64,000 nucleotides of DNA from Trichoplax adhaerens. Taxonomy: Eukaryota > Animalia > Placozoa. The notes under the pieces are model-generated. The model saw only the letters and a program-made list of their open reading frames with translations, was not told the origin of the DNA and did not search any database. Each line of letters starts with the position of its first letter. Position 1 is the first letter of the stretch. A program made the position numbers and the translations under genes. Below, in pieces: positions 1-15,350 of the stretch. The stretch lies in the NCBI RefSeq assembly GCF_000150275.1, contig NW_002060945.1:4141397-4205396 (forward strand). Reading direction: 5' to 3'.

Positions 1-2414
1 TTCGATTTAATAATTGTATAGATATTTATTGTTTCGATTGCGAAGGCATAACGAATCTCTATGGTAGCGGCATTTTTATTAATTTGCTGACACATTTACT
101 AATACATTTATGTATTTATATGACCCGTATTGTTGCCAGTAGAATAATAGTTAATCATGTACTTCGTTTAAGTCGTGATAAACCTCTTTCCTGTAGCCCA
201 TAGAGTAGTATACTATTACTAAAATATCAAAATTTTAATTCAATATTATTAGCTGCTCTCTTATTGCAATGGCAAAATAATCTTCATGTAAGCTAATTAC
301 ATTGACGGCGGAATGACAAGTTACTGTAACTCCAATCATAGTCTGTTCATTTTTAGCGCTATAGGTTACAAGTTTTGATAATTTTGCAAACGGATTTACT
401 GTCTTATGATTTATGAGTACTATCCAACGCCTACTATTGACACTTGGGTGTTATTCCCTGTAGCTAATCCATACAGTACCCAAAAAAGGAAACATTTAAC
501 ACGTTTAAAAATGGAACTTTAAAATTTTTACATAAATTCCGAGCAAGATGAAACCCATAATTAGGCAATGATAGCAGCTGTCGTGGTAAAATTTTTCATA
601 CTGTAGTGTTCATCAACATTGAACTATTATGCGCCTATATACTGTACTCATCTAATCCATTTAACCTACTAATATAACAGTAAGATATATATATCTATAT
701 AGAACAGGATAGATCGAGCAGTGCATATAAAGAGTTAGTAAAGCAATTACTGTTGTTGACAATTCCCAGATATATGTGCAATTCCGCCCTTCATAAGAAA
801 TAAAGAATAATTTTAATTGTACTAGCAAACATTACTACAGTAATTATATTATTAGTTCAATAATGAAGGTAAAATTTGACAGAATCAGATATAATATTAT
901 CCTAATTTACTGTTTTATGCTAGCCTAGGATCTTCTGATCTTCCAATCATTGCCTGGTTTGGAATATTTACGACATACTGTATGCTCAATTTTACGCGTA
1001 CGCTAATGAGGACTATTGTGTTAAAGAATTGTAAATTGTTACTCGTACTTAGCACTCATTTTACGCGTATGTTGATCTTTCACCTCCTTCCTTCTATTTA
1101 ATACAGGACTTATGAACTTATACAGATCAGCAGCAGCATGAAAGGGTTGCAATTAGATATCGTTAACGCTCATAGAAACTATTCCAAATGACATCGGCTT
1201 TGGTTATGCAGTACGTCGACTTTCGTTATGTTATAGTGTACTAATACTTATTAATCCATCCGACCGTCGAGATAGTTAAAACAATATTTCATACTTCAAT
1301 AATTAATTATAATGCAATAGGACTGTGACCTGCCAGCATTTAAAGATTTAGCAGTTACAGTTTTTAGATAAGAGTATTGTAAATGGTACACTTTTCGTTA
1401 TTATTTCCTAAGATTCGCAACATCAATGCAGATGGGGAGGATAAAATCATCTCTTTCGTATCGGGTTATTTATGGTACTTAAAACACCCTGACCCTAATC
1501 GCAAAACGGTCGTGCAAATGTGCTTTAAAATATTAGCAGAGTATCAGTAGTCATACACTTCATAGGCTAGACATTTTATTTCAGGTAAGTGCGTAAGGCT
1601 GACATTCATCAGCGCAACTTTGGCTACAATACCATTCAGTATTTCGGCTTAATCTTTAAAAATACAGATTTTGCGCGCCACTATACAAATAGGTGCCTGC
1701 AGGTATTTGTAATATTCCGTCAACTTCATTTAAAATAAAATGTAAATTGTAGCTATAGATTTAAGTTCAGTAGGTAGTTCCGGAGCTGCTATTATTGACA
1801 AAATAGTTGTTTATAAAACTATGGATAACATATTTATGATCTACAACTCGATAACAGATTTTTGTATTTTTCGTAAGCTATGAATTGCTTTATGCTGAGA
1901 AAATATAATATACAATTTCGTGAAATACTTGTATTATTATTCTACAACGGTAAGAAAAGTTTAGTAATACCGAAATACCAAGTGCATCATGTTATTGCTA
2001 GAAATTGTAATTATAGTACAAATGTTATGGTGGCCGAGCAATGGTATTTTAGATACATTTTAAAGTTAGCTTCCAAGTTGAACTTATTGCAAAGATATAG
2101 AAGTTATAAATACCGTACGGCAATAGAAATACATACTTATACATAGTTTAAAATAGTCAGCTACATTTGTTGCTTTTTAATTTAATTTTTTGAATTGGGA
2201 AGCTGAATAATTTATATTAACAATAATTAATTTTATTTATTTTTGAAGTGAAAGCTAGTAGAGCATAAGCTCTATTATAATGTATGTTACATGTATAAAT
2301 ATAAGCAACCTTTGCATACATTTACTACATTGTATAAAAGCATTTTCAAAGGCAATACATTGGTGGCCTTTATACGCTGTAAAATGTAAAAGTAGCATAT
2401 AGTTAGGCTTGCAC

Positions 2415-5002
2415 TTAATTTACATCAGCTAATTGCGCTTCCAATATTGCTCCTATCGCTTCACATTCCGAATCGATTGAAGACTCAGTAGCCGACGAAT
2501 CAGTACTCTTACTCGACAAGGAACAGGAACTTGAACTGCTAGAAATTGAAAAACTATCCAACGAACTTTCACGACTACTGCTTCTCCGTGTTAATTCTTT
2601 TGCTAAGCCAAAGTCGGGTGCCATCATTAGTCCGACTGACGTCTCATTTCGTTCGTCTAATGAAGTTCGCTTTCGCTTGCTAAACCGTTCTGTCTGCAAT
2701 TCTAAACTTTTTCGACGCTTCTCTTTCGGCATCAATTGCATCCTCGTAGACGAACACATACATACTGGAGCTAATAAATACGGCTCCTCTTCAATTTTTT
2801 TCCAAAATTCATTACATTTATATAACCAGTCGATATCAACAACAAAGACACCGGCAGTTTTCATCGCTAAATGAACCTTTTGGGTATATCCGCTCTGGAA
2901 TGCTACACGCTTTGTCACGACATGAGTAGTTTTTCTACTCGGCGAAGTGTGAAATTTATGCGTTACTTTTGCGCCAAGAGATTCGGCCAAAATCCATTCG
3001 TAAGTCTTTTCTGGAGAAGGATGCCCACTAGGAATTATAGCACTGAAAACAATTTTAACATCTTTTAATACATTACGTCGTATTTCTGGAATAATAGACT
3101 TTAGATCTGGTAATTGATCAAGTTGTTCCTTTAATTGATCGTACTGCTGATAAAACCTATTATGGATACGTCGTAATAGTGGCAGTAAGTTAAGCAAGTA
3201 ATTGTCTTTGATATCATAGTAGGCAATATTGGTGTCTGAATCAACTGCAGTTTTCCATAATGATGGTCTTTGACGTGTGGCAATCTCTTCATCATCATTG
3301 TTGTTATTGGTATCAATACGACTATCACCACTGGAATCATTAGTCGATGTAGCATGTTTCTCATCAGTAATTTTTGGTTTTTCAATACATTCTGTGGTAT
3401 TTTGTCCATTTAATTCATTACTATCAGCGTTAATTTGATTCATTGGACTACTTTCTTCTAATTGATTGACATCTGTATTGCAGTTGTTATCGACTGGTTT
3501 GTTCTCTTTTACATCGGGAGAATCTCTAGTCTTAAGACCTTTGCTATTTAATTTCTTAGGATCGTTTATGTCGCCAACATTTGCAAAATAAGAATAAGGT
3601 GGTACTGGTATACAACTTGGATGGAATGCCCACATTTCGGGTCGGTCGTCGATAATACAGACCAAATTATCACCAAGTGGGAAAAGCTGATTTAAATTTG
3701 TAGATTTTAATAATTGTGATTTTAATTCATCCCTTGACAATATTCTGTTGTAGAACAAGCTACCTGTAGGATCTAAAATTCCGACAATATCTTGAGCGTA
3801 GCTTCGTGATCCCATAGTGACAACATGTAATTCGAATAGTGTCGATGCTACCTTTAGAAATTCTTCTACATGTGGCCGTAATTTAGTTAAGTACTGATGG
3901 TAAACATTATATCCAGGAAACATGTGGCAAGTATAATAAATTTGTTTTTCTTCAGTTAAATTGGATAATTTAATATCGGGTGATGCCATTCGAGTATGTA
4001 TTAGGGTAAGATCCAAGTCGACAATCAATACCAGTTTTTTACTCGACAACAATCGATTCATATCATTTTTGGCTAATTCACTAGCCAGATCCTGACTGAC
4101 GACCAGATCGGGAACATTTGGGACCATGGTTACCATCGATTTTTGTATTTCAACGTCTTCTACAATTACGGTATAAGAAAATTCAATTCTTTTTAAAGTT
4201 TCACGGAGCATTTTTTTAATTTAATAGCAATTTTATAATATGATAGGACAAATTTCATCGTTACAAATGCACTGTATGGATAGTGGACAATATTAAGTAA
4301 CATGGCAGCGGTCAACGTATTGGGTTACCGTTTGTAACGAAATAGTGTGTAGTTACTAGAGTATAAAATCTACGAGTACTCGTCTATGGAAATACATGCA
4401 AACAAATGCAAATTTCATCATTTGATTCAAACTACATGACGCTTACTTTTTGACTTGGATAAATCTTTACCGCAAGTAGCACACATATCTCGAATGATTG
4501 TAGAATGTTTACATTCTTCGACTACTAGTTGAATAACAGGCGTTTTGGCAGGCAATTCTTCACCGAGATGACGTAGGATTTTCTCAATTCGACAACAAGA
4601 TGGTGATCGCATACGCTTATATTTGGCACTAATGGATTTATCACTAGGCTGTATCAAGGCTAATAGTTGACCACTACTGACCACTTCGCCTTCTTTAACA
4701 TATAAATTAGTCAGTTTACCCGTTACTTTTGATGAAATGATCAATCGTTCAAGTTGATGAATTTCAAGTAACATCTGACCAACATTAAAATCTTCTTCTT
4801 GGCCAACCATAATCTTCTTAATAATAGAATCCTCTTCTTTATCGCATACAATCTGTTTCATTTGCGCAATATCATTTAATTTTATTTCATAATAACCAAG
4901 AATGTCTCCTTTTCCAATTTTATCGCCTGTGTTGATCAACCAGTTGATCAATTTCCCGTTGGCGTTAGCCACTATCCCTTCGCCTTCATTCCTTGCCGCC
5001 AT
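2415..5002 (-). CDS. CTDP1: RNA polymerase II CTD phosphatase FCP1 (2 exons: 5002-4447, 4159-2415)
   Basis: ATG at 5002 (MAARNEG). Cys motif CKHSTIIRDMCATCGKDL. A phase-1 GT-AG intron (4446-4160) joins the two ORFs in frame. FCPH catalytic DLDLTLIH (DxDxT), KLRPHVEEFL, IIDDRPEMW; BRCT domain (VFSAIIP...TTHVV...WLYKC); C-terminal helix EAIGAILEAQLAD resembles the RAP74-binding helix. Confidence 0.95.
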
Positions 5003-5205
5003 GGACCCACCAAGCAACGCAGGCGCAACAATTTCGATTGGGCTTTAATTAATCCAACATTGAACTTGAAAAAAAAAGAAGAAAAATTGTCAGAAAAATG
5101 TGCATGATTTTACAGTGCAATGCACGGTAGAGTAGGGACTGTATCATTGTACTCTGAGGGTAAATCGACTGTAAATTGCAGTACACTTTTCGATTTTCAC
5201 AAAAC

Positions 5206-5900
5206 TCCACTACAGTATACTGTACTCTACTGTGTTGTACAGAACACAAAGTAGAGGGTGTACTGTGCTGCACATCGTAGTGATGGATAGTAAATAAAAA
5301 AAAAATAAAAAAAATAGAAAAAAAAAAAAAATTTGAATCCATTTCATGACTTTCTACTACTGTTTCTATTACTATTTCTATTACTATTTCTACTACTGTA
5401 GACTATGGTTTGCGATTGATCAATGACAGTCATGCGGACGGAAATAATAGGAATAAGTACATAAAAGCTCCACTACAGTATACAGTACTGTACTCTACTG
5501 TGTTGTACAGAACACAAAGTAGAGTATGTGCTGTGCTGCCCATCGTTGTGGTGGATAGTAAATGCCCCAAAAAATAGAAAAAAATTTGAATCCATTTCAG
5601 GACTTTAGGTTTGCAACACGGGGTAAAAAGAACAACATTGATGTCAAAAAATGCACAGTACTGTGTACACTATGTGTAGTGGTGATTTCAACGACATTGT
5701 GATACTGTAAGGCGTAAATGTACATCATTGCCGTGAATGAATCAACACTTGCAAATTGTAGTAAAAGAATATCTCTTCGTATCGGACAAGATGACGGTAT
5801 TTCGGTAAGGACAACCAAGAATTTCTACTACTGTAGACCATGGTTTGCGACTGATCAATGGCAGTCATGAGGGCGGAAATAATGGAAATTAAGTCCATAA
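5206..5900. repeat. Diverged tandem duplication of a ~260-bp upstream module; copy 2 is interrupted by ~215 bp
   Basis: ~5206-5352 matches ~5468-5606 (ctccactacagtatac...tttgaatccatttca). ~5386-5465 matches ~5821-5900 (tttctactactgtagac...cggaaataat). Confidence 0.85.
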
Positions 5901-7307
5901 GTCAATTTTACCTATTTGGATCACCAATGTCTCAAAATCTTTTCTGAATCCTGCCTGAATTCCTGTCTTGTTGGATCCTTGTTGGTACTGTAGTAAATCG
6001 CTAGTTTTACCGCACTTGTTTAGTTGAATCCCTTGGTGTCCGTTTGACACTAACTTTATAACGATAGAAAAGTGCTGTTTATAGTCATGAAATAGATAGT
6101 ACACTGTAGTGTACCCTCCTCAAGCGTCCAGTAGCCGATGAAAACTCAATTAGCGAGCACAATCGGGTACAAACAAGTTCTGCAGACGGTAGCAGTGTAG
6201 GACAATCTGGAATTTTGGATTGATTAATTCATTTATTTGGTCAACAAGGTCCAATTAATCCTCCCTGTGGTGATGTGTCTTGTAGGACAGTATGGCTAGC
6301 CGCGATACCTTTCATACATGTCCCAAAATGGGATAATAGTGGATAGACATACTGTACAGTATGAGTGGCATTGCGTACAGAACTGTACAGTGTACAGTGT
6401 ACAGTACGGAAAGAAGGTACTGAAGATGATCCATGTCAAGTGTTGACTCGTGTTGACGATTGACTAACGTACAGTACAATGTGGAGCTGAGAATTTTACA
6501 CCTTGAGTACTAATATTGCTCCCACACGGACGCTAATCCACCCCACAGTAGGATTGCTACAGTCAATCTGCAAAATGAATTAACTTCGAGAGTCCCATGT
6601 CCATCGTACTGTCAGTCTGTCACCAAGGGTAGAATAATCAACTTCATAACCAATCCTGATGACAAAATTAGGAACGTAACATTTTGAACGCAGCTTTGAA
6701 AAAGCCTACAAATGATCCCAAGAGAATCATGCTAATCGTTCTTGGTGTACCAAGTTAATCGACCGATAGCTGGAATATGGATGACACGTGATTGGAGTTA
6801 TCGTAACCAATCGGTTTCAAGTCCAATACCGTGTTTTATGAGCATGCGTAAATGAGTACACCAGCTTTGTATAGTGATACTGTACAGTATAGGAAGACCG
6901 AAAGTCATCACCAGTTAGATGGTATAATAAACCTTCTGCAGGTCGCTAGAGATTGAATCAAAGCTAACCCTTCGTAATCCGGCCATCGGACTGTATTACT
7001 GCGATCCGATTTACTCATCTTGTTGGCATGCGCCAAGAAACGCTACAATATCCTGTGGAAAAAATTTTGAAAGATTCATTCATTGATTCCCATGATGGCA
7101 TTCTCAGAGAAGAAAGCCCCACAGACATTACCTAGTCTTTTACTCTAACTCATACAAGTTATTTTTCCTTCTTGGACCTCAGCTGGAGATTGTTGACAGT
7201 ACACTGTACAATACAGTACTCTTCCGACTATACTGTACACTACTGCACCAGTGTTCTGCACCGTCCCTTTCAGACTCATGCTACCCTAGACACGTGCAAG
7301 CTTCAGT

Positions 7308-7377
7308 CACATGACGCATCGGCGATTTCGCGCCATTTTCAACCATTGGTAGAGCAGCTGATCATGATGAAACGCGT
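7308..7377 (+). promoter_or_regulatory. Putative cell-cycle promoter elements upstream of CDC6 (E2F site, YY1-like CGCCATTTT, ACGCGT)
   Basis: TTTCGCGC at 7326-7333 overlapping CGCCATTTT; ACGCGT at 7372-7377; locally GC-richer patch; CDC6 is a classic E2F target. Confidence 0.45.
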
Positions 7378-8070
7378 TCCTACCCCTGCTGAACCAATGA
7401 CTGCAGCGCCAGTGTGTTTCTGCTTCCGTTGGCCGGTGTTACAGTATAGCCAAGAGTCTAGTCTGGCTCTATTTACTTTTATAGAGACTTGAAAGAGGGC
7501 TAGGCATCAAAACCATCGATAGATTAATTCATCCATTAATTTAAAGCAGAGATTTGCGCCGTCTTGACTGATTCTAGAGTTCAGATTAGCACGTTCATCG
7601 ATGTCCATATAAATAGATCGAAAGCTGATTTCCTACTCTCAAGTTTCCCATAACGTAATCTTAACGTACAAACCATTTCCAACATCATTTCTCAAGTCTA
7701 CCAAAGTCTTTTCTGCCACACTTGGTTGCTGAACGTATTGGCTTGAATCACACGATTTGACAATTGTCTTGCGCATCGAAAAATCATCCAAAGTATTGAT
7801 TACTGAGGTTAGAAATTGTTCGCCTTCATGACTGTCCAAGTAGTGCTCCAATAACTATTCTAGAATAGTCTCAGTCGATCTCTCATTTCCGACAGATCGG
7901 CTTCCATTCAATTGCTTCGAGAAGCATCTGTAAATTAAATGCATTAGATGACGACCTCAGTCATCTGCTGGTCTACATCGCTTTGCATTCTGTCGTTCTC
8001 CTTCCAGTATTGCAATGGTAACCTATAATAGTTGTACGTCTTATTCTCTTAACAGGCTTCCAGCTTTCCC

Positions 8071-11000
8071 ATGCAGACCACTAACATCTTATCTTACGGT
8101 TTTCGCTGCCGAAAAGCACGAACCACTATCGAAAAATGGGATCCTTTAACTCATCGTAATAATACCAGCCGTGCCAAGCGTAAATTAGGTACTGCAAATT
8201 TGGAAATTAAAGGATGCTATTCTGACGTATTTTGAATGCATATAGTACTGATACAATCCAATGGGTAATACGAAGGAGTAGAGCACTGTTCAATCAGCAG
8301 AACTGATGCTCGTAAAATGACTTCTGAATAGCAACTGAACACCGTAGAACAACCAAATAGACAGCATTAGCTCCATTTAAATGCCTTAATAGGCAGTGAA
8401 TGTTTTACAGATAAAACTCTCTCGTCATATCAATAGCTTACTTTTATAAACTTGATTGCATTGTAGAATAAAAAATAAATAATACTCTATGATTATGCAG
8501 ACTGAGACATTCCTCACATAGCCAATGCAATATACCATGATACCTTATATGTTCACGAGGAGAATGCCATTAATCATCATCAATGATCATTTTTAGAAAT
8601 CGACCGTGACGATCAGAGTTGCAAGAAGAGGCTCAAGGAAACGCTCATAAATACATCAGAGGCCGATGGTATGTCATTATAACTCGGGTATTCGATCAGT
8701 TAATTCGTTGTTATTATTACAGTGAGGAAGGATAACATCATACTTAACTATTAATAGTATACGAATGGTTGGCACAAATAGTATTGATAGCAAATTTAGT
8801 CTGCCACATTACTATAAGCACAGCAATCGCAAAGATGGATAAATCCATGCGAATCATACACTAAACTAAGTAACAGTAATTTTCTATTATAGTAACAAAA
8901 ATTCTTATTTTAAACTTATTCTAGAAAATCCCTACCTAGGCCGAAAATTTAAAAATATTCTCAGTACATCTATTGATGACTCTGTAATCTGCAGAAATCA
9001 CTATCTTGAAGAGATTGGAAATTTTATAAAACAACATGTTGACCATGGTACTGCCGCCAGTATGTATATTAGTGGTGCTCCTGGTACTGGTAAAACTCTC
9101 TGCTTAAAGAAAGTAGCTGCTGACAATCAGGTTGTTACAGTTGACTTACATCAACTATTTGCAAGCGTATTTAGATTATTCTTAGGAGACGATATGTATC
9201 TGCAATGTTGAAACTATACCCCCTGAATATGACTGATTGGAAAGATTTGTCTCTTATATTTTTATTCCTTGCCTTATAGGATCTTGCGCAAAAGGCCAAA
9301 GTTATATACCTCAATTGTATGACATTTAAAAAAGCTGATAATGTACATAATCAAATATTAAGTAAATTACTCGGTAGTGAAACCGTTCTTTCTGCCCGAG
9401 CTGCTGTTGAAAAATTACGCAGAGCAATATCGTCCAGTGGTTCAATGATGTAATGCATTAAGTATAACTACTATGGAAGACACTTTCTAATTGAATATAT
9501 AACAACATACACCGAGCATACATAAGATCAACCCTAAGTCGCCTAACTTTTATTTCATTGCAGAGTATTAATTATAGACGAAATTGATCAGCTAGAGTGC
9601 AAAGGTCAGGAAGTACTTTATACTTTATTCGAACTGCCTTCAATTCCTCGATCAAAGTTAATACTTATCGGTAAGGTTAAAAAAATGTTGTTAACTTAAT
9701 TTATCCATTCTAGAATACTACATCATACACTGACGAGATTTGCGATATTTTTCAATAATATATATATACATCGATACTTTACAGGAGTTGCCAACTCTTT
9801 AGATTTGACCGATAGATCCTTACCAAGATTAAATAAATTAGAGAAATGTAAGCTGCAAATAATGCATTTAAATCTTATAAATTCGATGTTCAGTGTTTAA
9901 ATTTTGCTTACTCTATGGACAGATGATTAATTTGACTAAATATCTCTAGATAAGCCCAAATTACTTCATTTTCCTCCCTATACCAAGGATGAAATAGTTT
10001 GTATTTTAGATAGCAGGATGTCTATGGTAAATGAAATTTCGATTGTAAAATACGATGATGTATAGTAGATTCCTATTCAATATAATTTGTTTGCACATAT
10101 TCTCTGTTTACTCTCCCCTTATTTAGTTGACATTGTTTGTCAATTTTTTTATCAGATCAAAAGCTCTGACTCTGTAACCAGTATTGATAAAAGTGCCTTT
10201 GAGTATTGTGCAAGAAAAGTATCTGCTGTTTCTGGAGATATTAGAAAAGCTTTAGATATATGCAGGTATTCTTAGCTACCGTATCAAAGCTTATCGCTTG
10301 TTTTTATAGCTAGATATCTATAAGATTTCATTTAATTTGGTGTTTGTGAGGATATTTTCTATTTTAATTTATTAACTGCAATCATTAATTTCGTAAAGCG
10401 TCCAGACGCCATTGCTGTACGAGTATATTTAAAACTACATTATATCGAGACCAGCAATTAATACAAAATCGTTTTTAATTCCTTTTCAGGCGTGCTATTG
10501 AAATTGTAGAAAAAAGAGCGAATAGAAATAACTCAAGTAGGATATTCAGTATTTTACTTGAATGCTGCTAGATCAATCGAAAATTGATTGTTTGATAATT
10601 AAATTACATATACTAGATAATGGTAACAATCCTGATGCAACTGTCCGTATTTCTGATGTGGCTGGCGTTATATCTGAAGTATATGGATCGAGAATTTTAC
10701 CTACAATGAAAACTTCCTCCGAACCCACCATTCCTTTACAACAAAAGTTATTGGTTGGAGCATTGTTATTAGCTATTAAAAAGATTCGAGGAGTTAAAGA
10801 AATCACAATTGCTAAGGTGCAAGAATATTTTTACGAATATTTTGAACTAAACCACATGTAATAATTGACATCAATTCTTTACAGTTATTTGAATGTTATA
10901 GAAATTTATGTAAGAAGAGGCAAATTCAGACTGTGTATGAATCAGAAATAACAAATTTATGCAGCTTGTTGGAAGCTAGAGGAATATTAAGACTGAAAAA

Positions 11001-11203
11001 TAACAAAGAAGTAAGATTTTCCAAGGTATGATATGCAAATCTTGATGTTTTTATCCAATGTTTTTGCCCTATTTTTCGTTATCACCTTTTAAGTAACTAT
11101 GATTAATTTATTTTAGGTATGTTTAGCCATTAACGAAGCCGAAGTGGCGATAGCCTTGAAGGATCAGACTCTGATATCTTCCATTTTAAATGATGATTTA
11201 TGA
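8071..11203 (+). CDS. CDC6: Cell division control protein 6 (multi-exon AAA+ ATPase)
   Basis: Spliced exons give MYISGAPGTGKT (Walker A, ~9062-9096), VLIIDEIDQL (Walker B, ~9565-9594), GVANSLDLTDRSLPRL, FPPYTKDEI, ARKVSAVSGDIRKALDICRRAIE, PLQQKLL, CSLLEARGIL, then ALKDQTLISSIL and TGA at 11201-11203. The start at 8071 is less certain because an in-frame acceptor lies at 8055. Confidence 0.95.
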
Positions 11204-11420
11204 TTCTCAAGAAATCACGCTTTGATTATTAATAATAATAGCTATCAAATACTTTTAATGCATATTGAACGCACTCGAAAAGAATAATATTTATACTCGT
11301 CTATTGACAAAAAAGTCATATTTTTGTAATTGAATGATTTTATTTCGACTCCGTTTCGTCAGATGACTGACGACAGTATTTGTAGTAAGTTAAAATTCAA
11401 TAGAATAATCTTAATTAAAT

Positions 11421-14289
<2,869 letters not shown>

Positions 14290-14671
14290 TTTGAATGGCA
14301 AAATGACGACAGCAATAGCGGGGGACTAATGACGACTGCTATGAATCGTTTCATCGTAACATAGTTTAAAGACCGCTTGACAGAGACATGCGCAATGGGG
14401 ATTATGCTAATAAGTATCATGGTTGCCAAGCAAGCCAAAGGAGTACTCAAAGACAATTGCCGTTTTTCGCTCTATTTCTTTCTTTTAAGAGGAGAATTTT
14501 CCTTGAGTAGTCCCTAGCAAGCCTTATCTTTCATCCAAGTTTGAACAAGGCTAATACCCGGAAACACGATTAGAAAGGAAAAGACTATAGAATGGAAATA
14601 GACCAAGACTACAAATAGTGTGTTAAATGTGTTTAGGGTCACGTATTGTACTCACCTATACCATAGAAATG

Positions 14672-14693
14672 TATATATATATATATATATATA
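14672..14693. repeat. (TA)n microsatellite followed by degenerate TA-rich sequence
   Basis: Direct reading of the sequence. Confidence 0.9.
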
Positions 14694-15112
14694 CATAATA
14701 TATATAATCATATATATAGTATAATATATAAAGTATATCATATATATGATAATACTATGGTAATGGGCAAAGATTACGGTGTGTTTGGTATGTTTAGGAT
14801 CACATACTGCACTCATATATACTATAAAAATTTACTAACAGTCTAATCTACATTTAATAATAATACTTATTTCGCTGCTCAAATACACGAATGTAACATT
14901 TAGACAACATAAGTTTTCATATACGACTCTATTAAATTAACTTCACAATAAAAATAGACCACAACATCGCAAATATATCCTGTCAAATATGAAGTACAGA
15001 GAAAAGAGATATATAAAATAGCTTTAATTAGAATTATACCATAGATATTAGAATCAGTTTACCGATTTAGAGGTTTGAACTATAAAAGAGTAATATACGG
15101 TAAAATTCTAAT

Positions 15113-15350
15113 AAAAGTGATAACAAGTTTAAATGATAACATACTCAGTAGAGAATATTTTACTAATTGCTAGGTCTAATGCTATAACATAGTTTAGAAA
15201 TAATGACTGTAGATACTATAATGTTGCTTAATATGCAGTAGAATGCTAGCAAAAGTGATTATAAGTTTAAATTATAACCTAGATAGTAGGGAATATTTTA
15301 CTGATTTTTAGGTCCAATGCTATAAAATACAGTAGATATTACAATATTAC
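15113..15350. repeat. Diverged direct repeat (~80-100 bp x2)
   Basis: aaaagtgataacaagtttaaatgataac...gaatattttactaattgctaggtctaatgctataa (~15113) versus aaaagtgattataagtttaaattataac...gaatattttactgatttttaggtccaatgctataa (~15251). Confidence 0.75.

Noticed and set aside
1-2400. ORF 1880-2146 and an isolated CAG|GTAAGT at ~1585
   Set aside because: No recognisable protein similarity or consistent exon chain; treated as intergenic or 3' flank.
4160-4211. ORF-track start MLRETLKR for the 598-aa FCP1 ORF
   Set aside because: It is intronic; the exon begins at 4159 and is spliced to the upstream ORF.
7172-7492. 106-aa plus-strand ORF
   Set aside because: TTG start, overlaps the promoter motif cluster, no recognisable domain.
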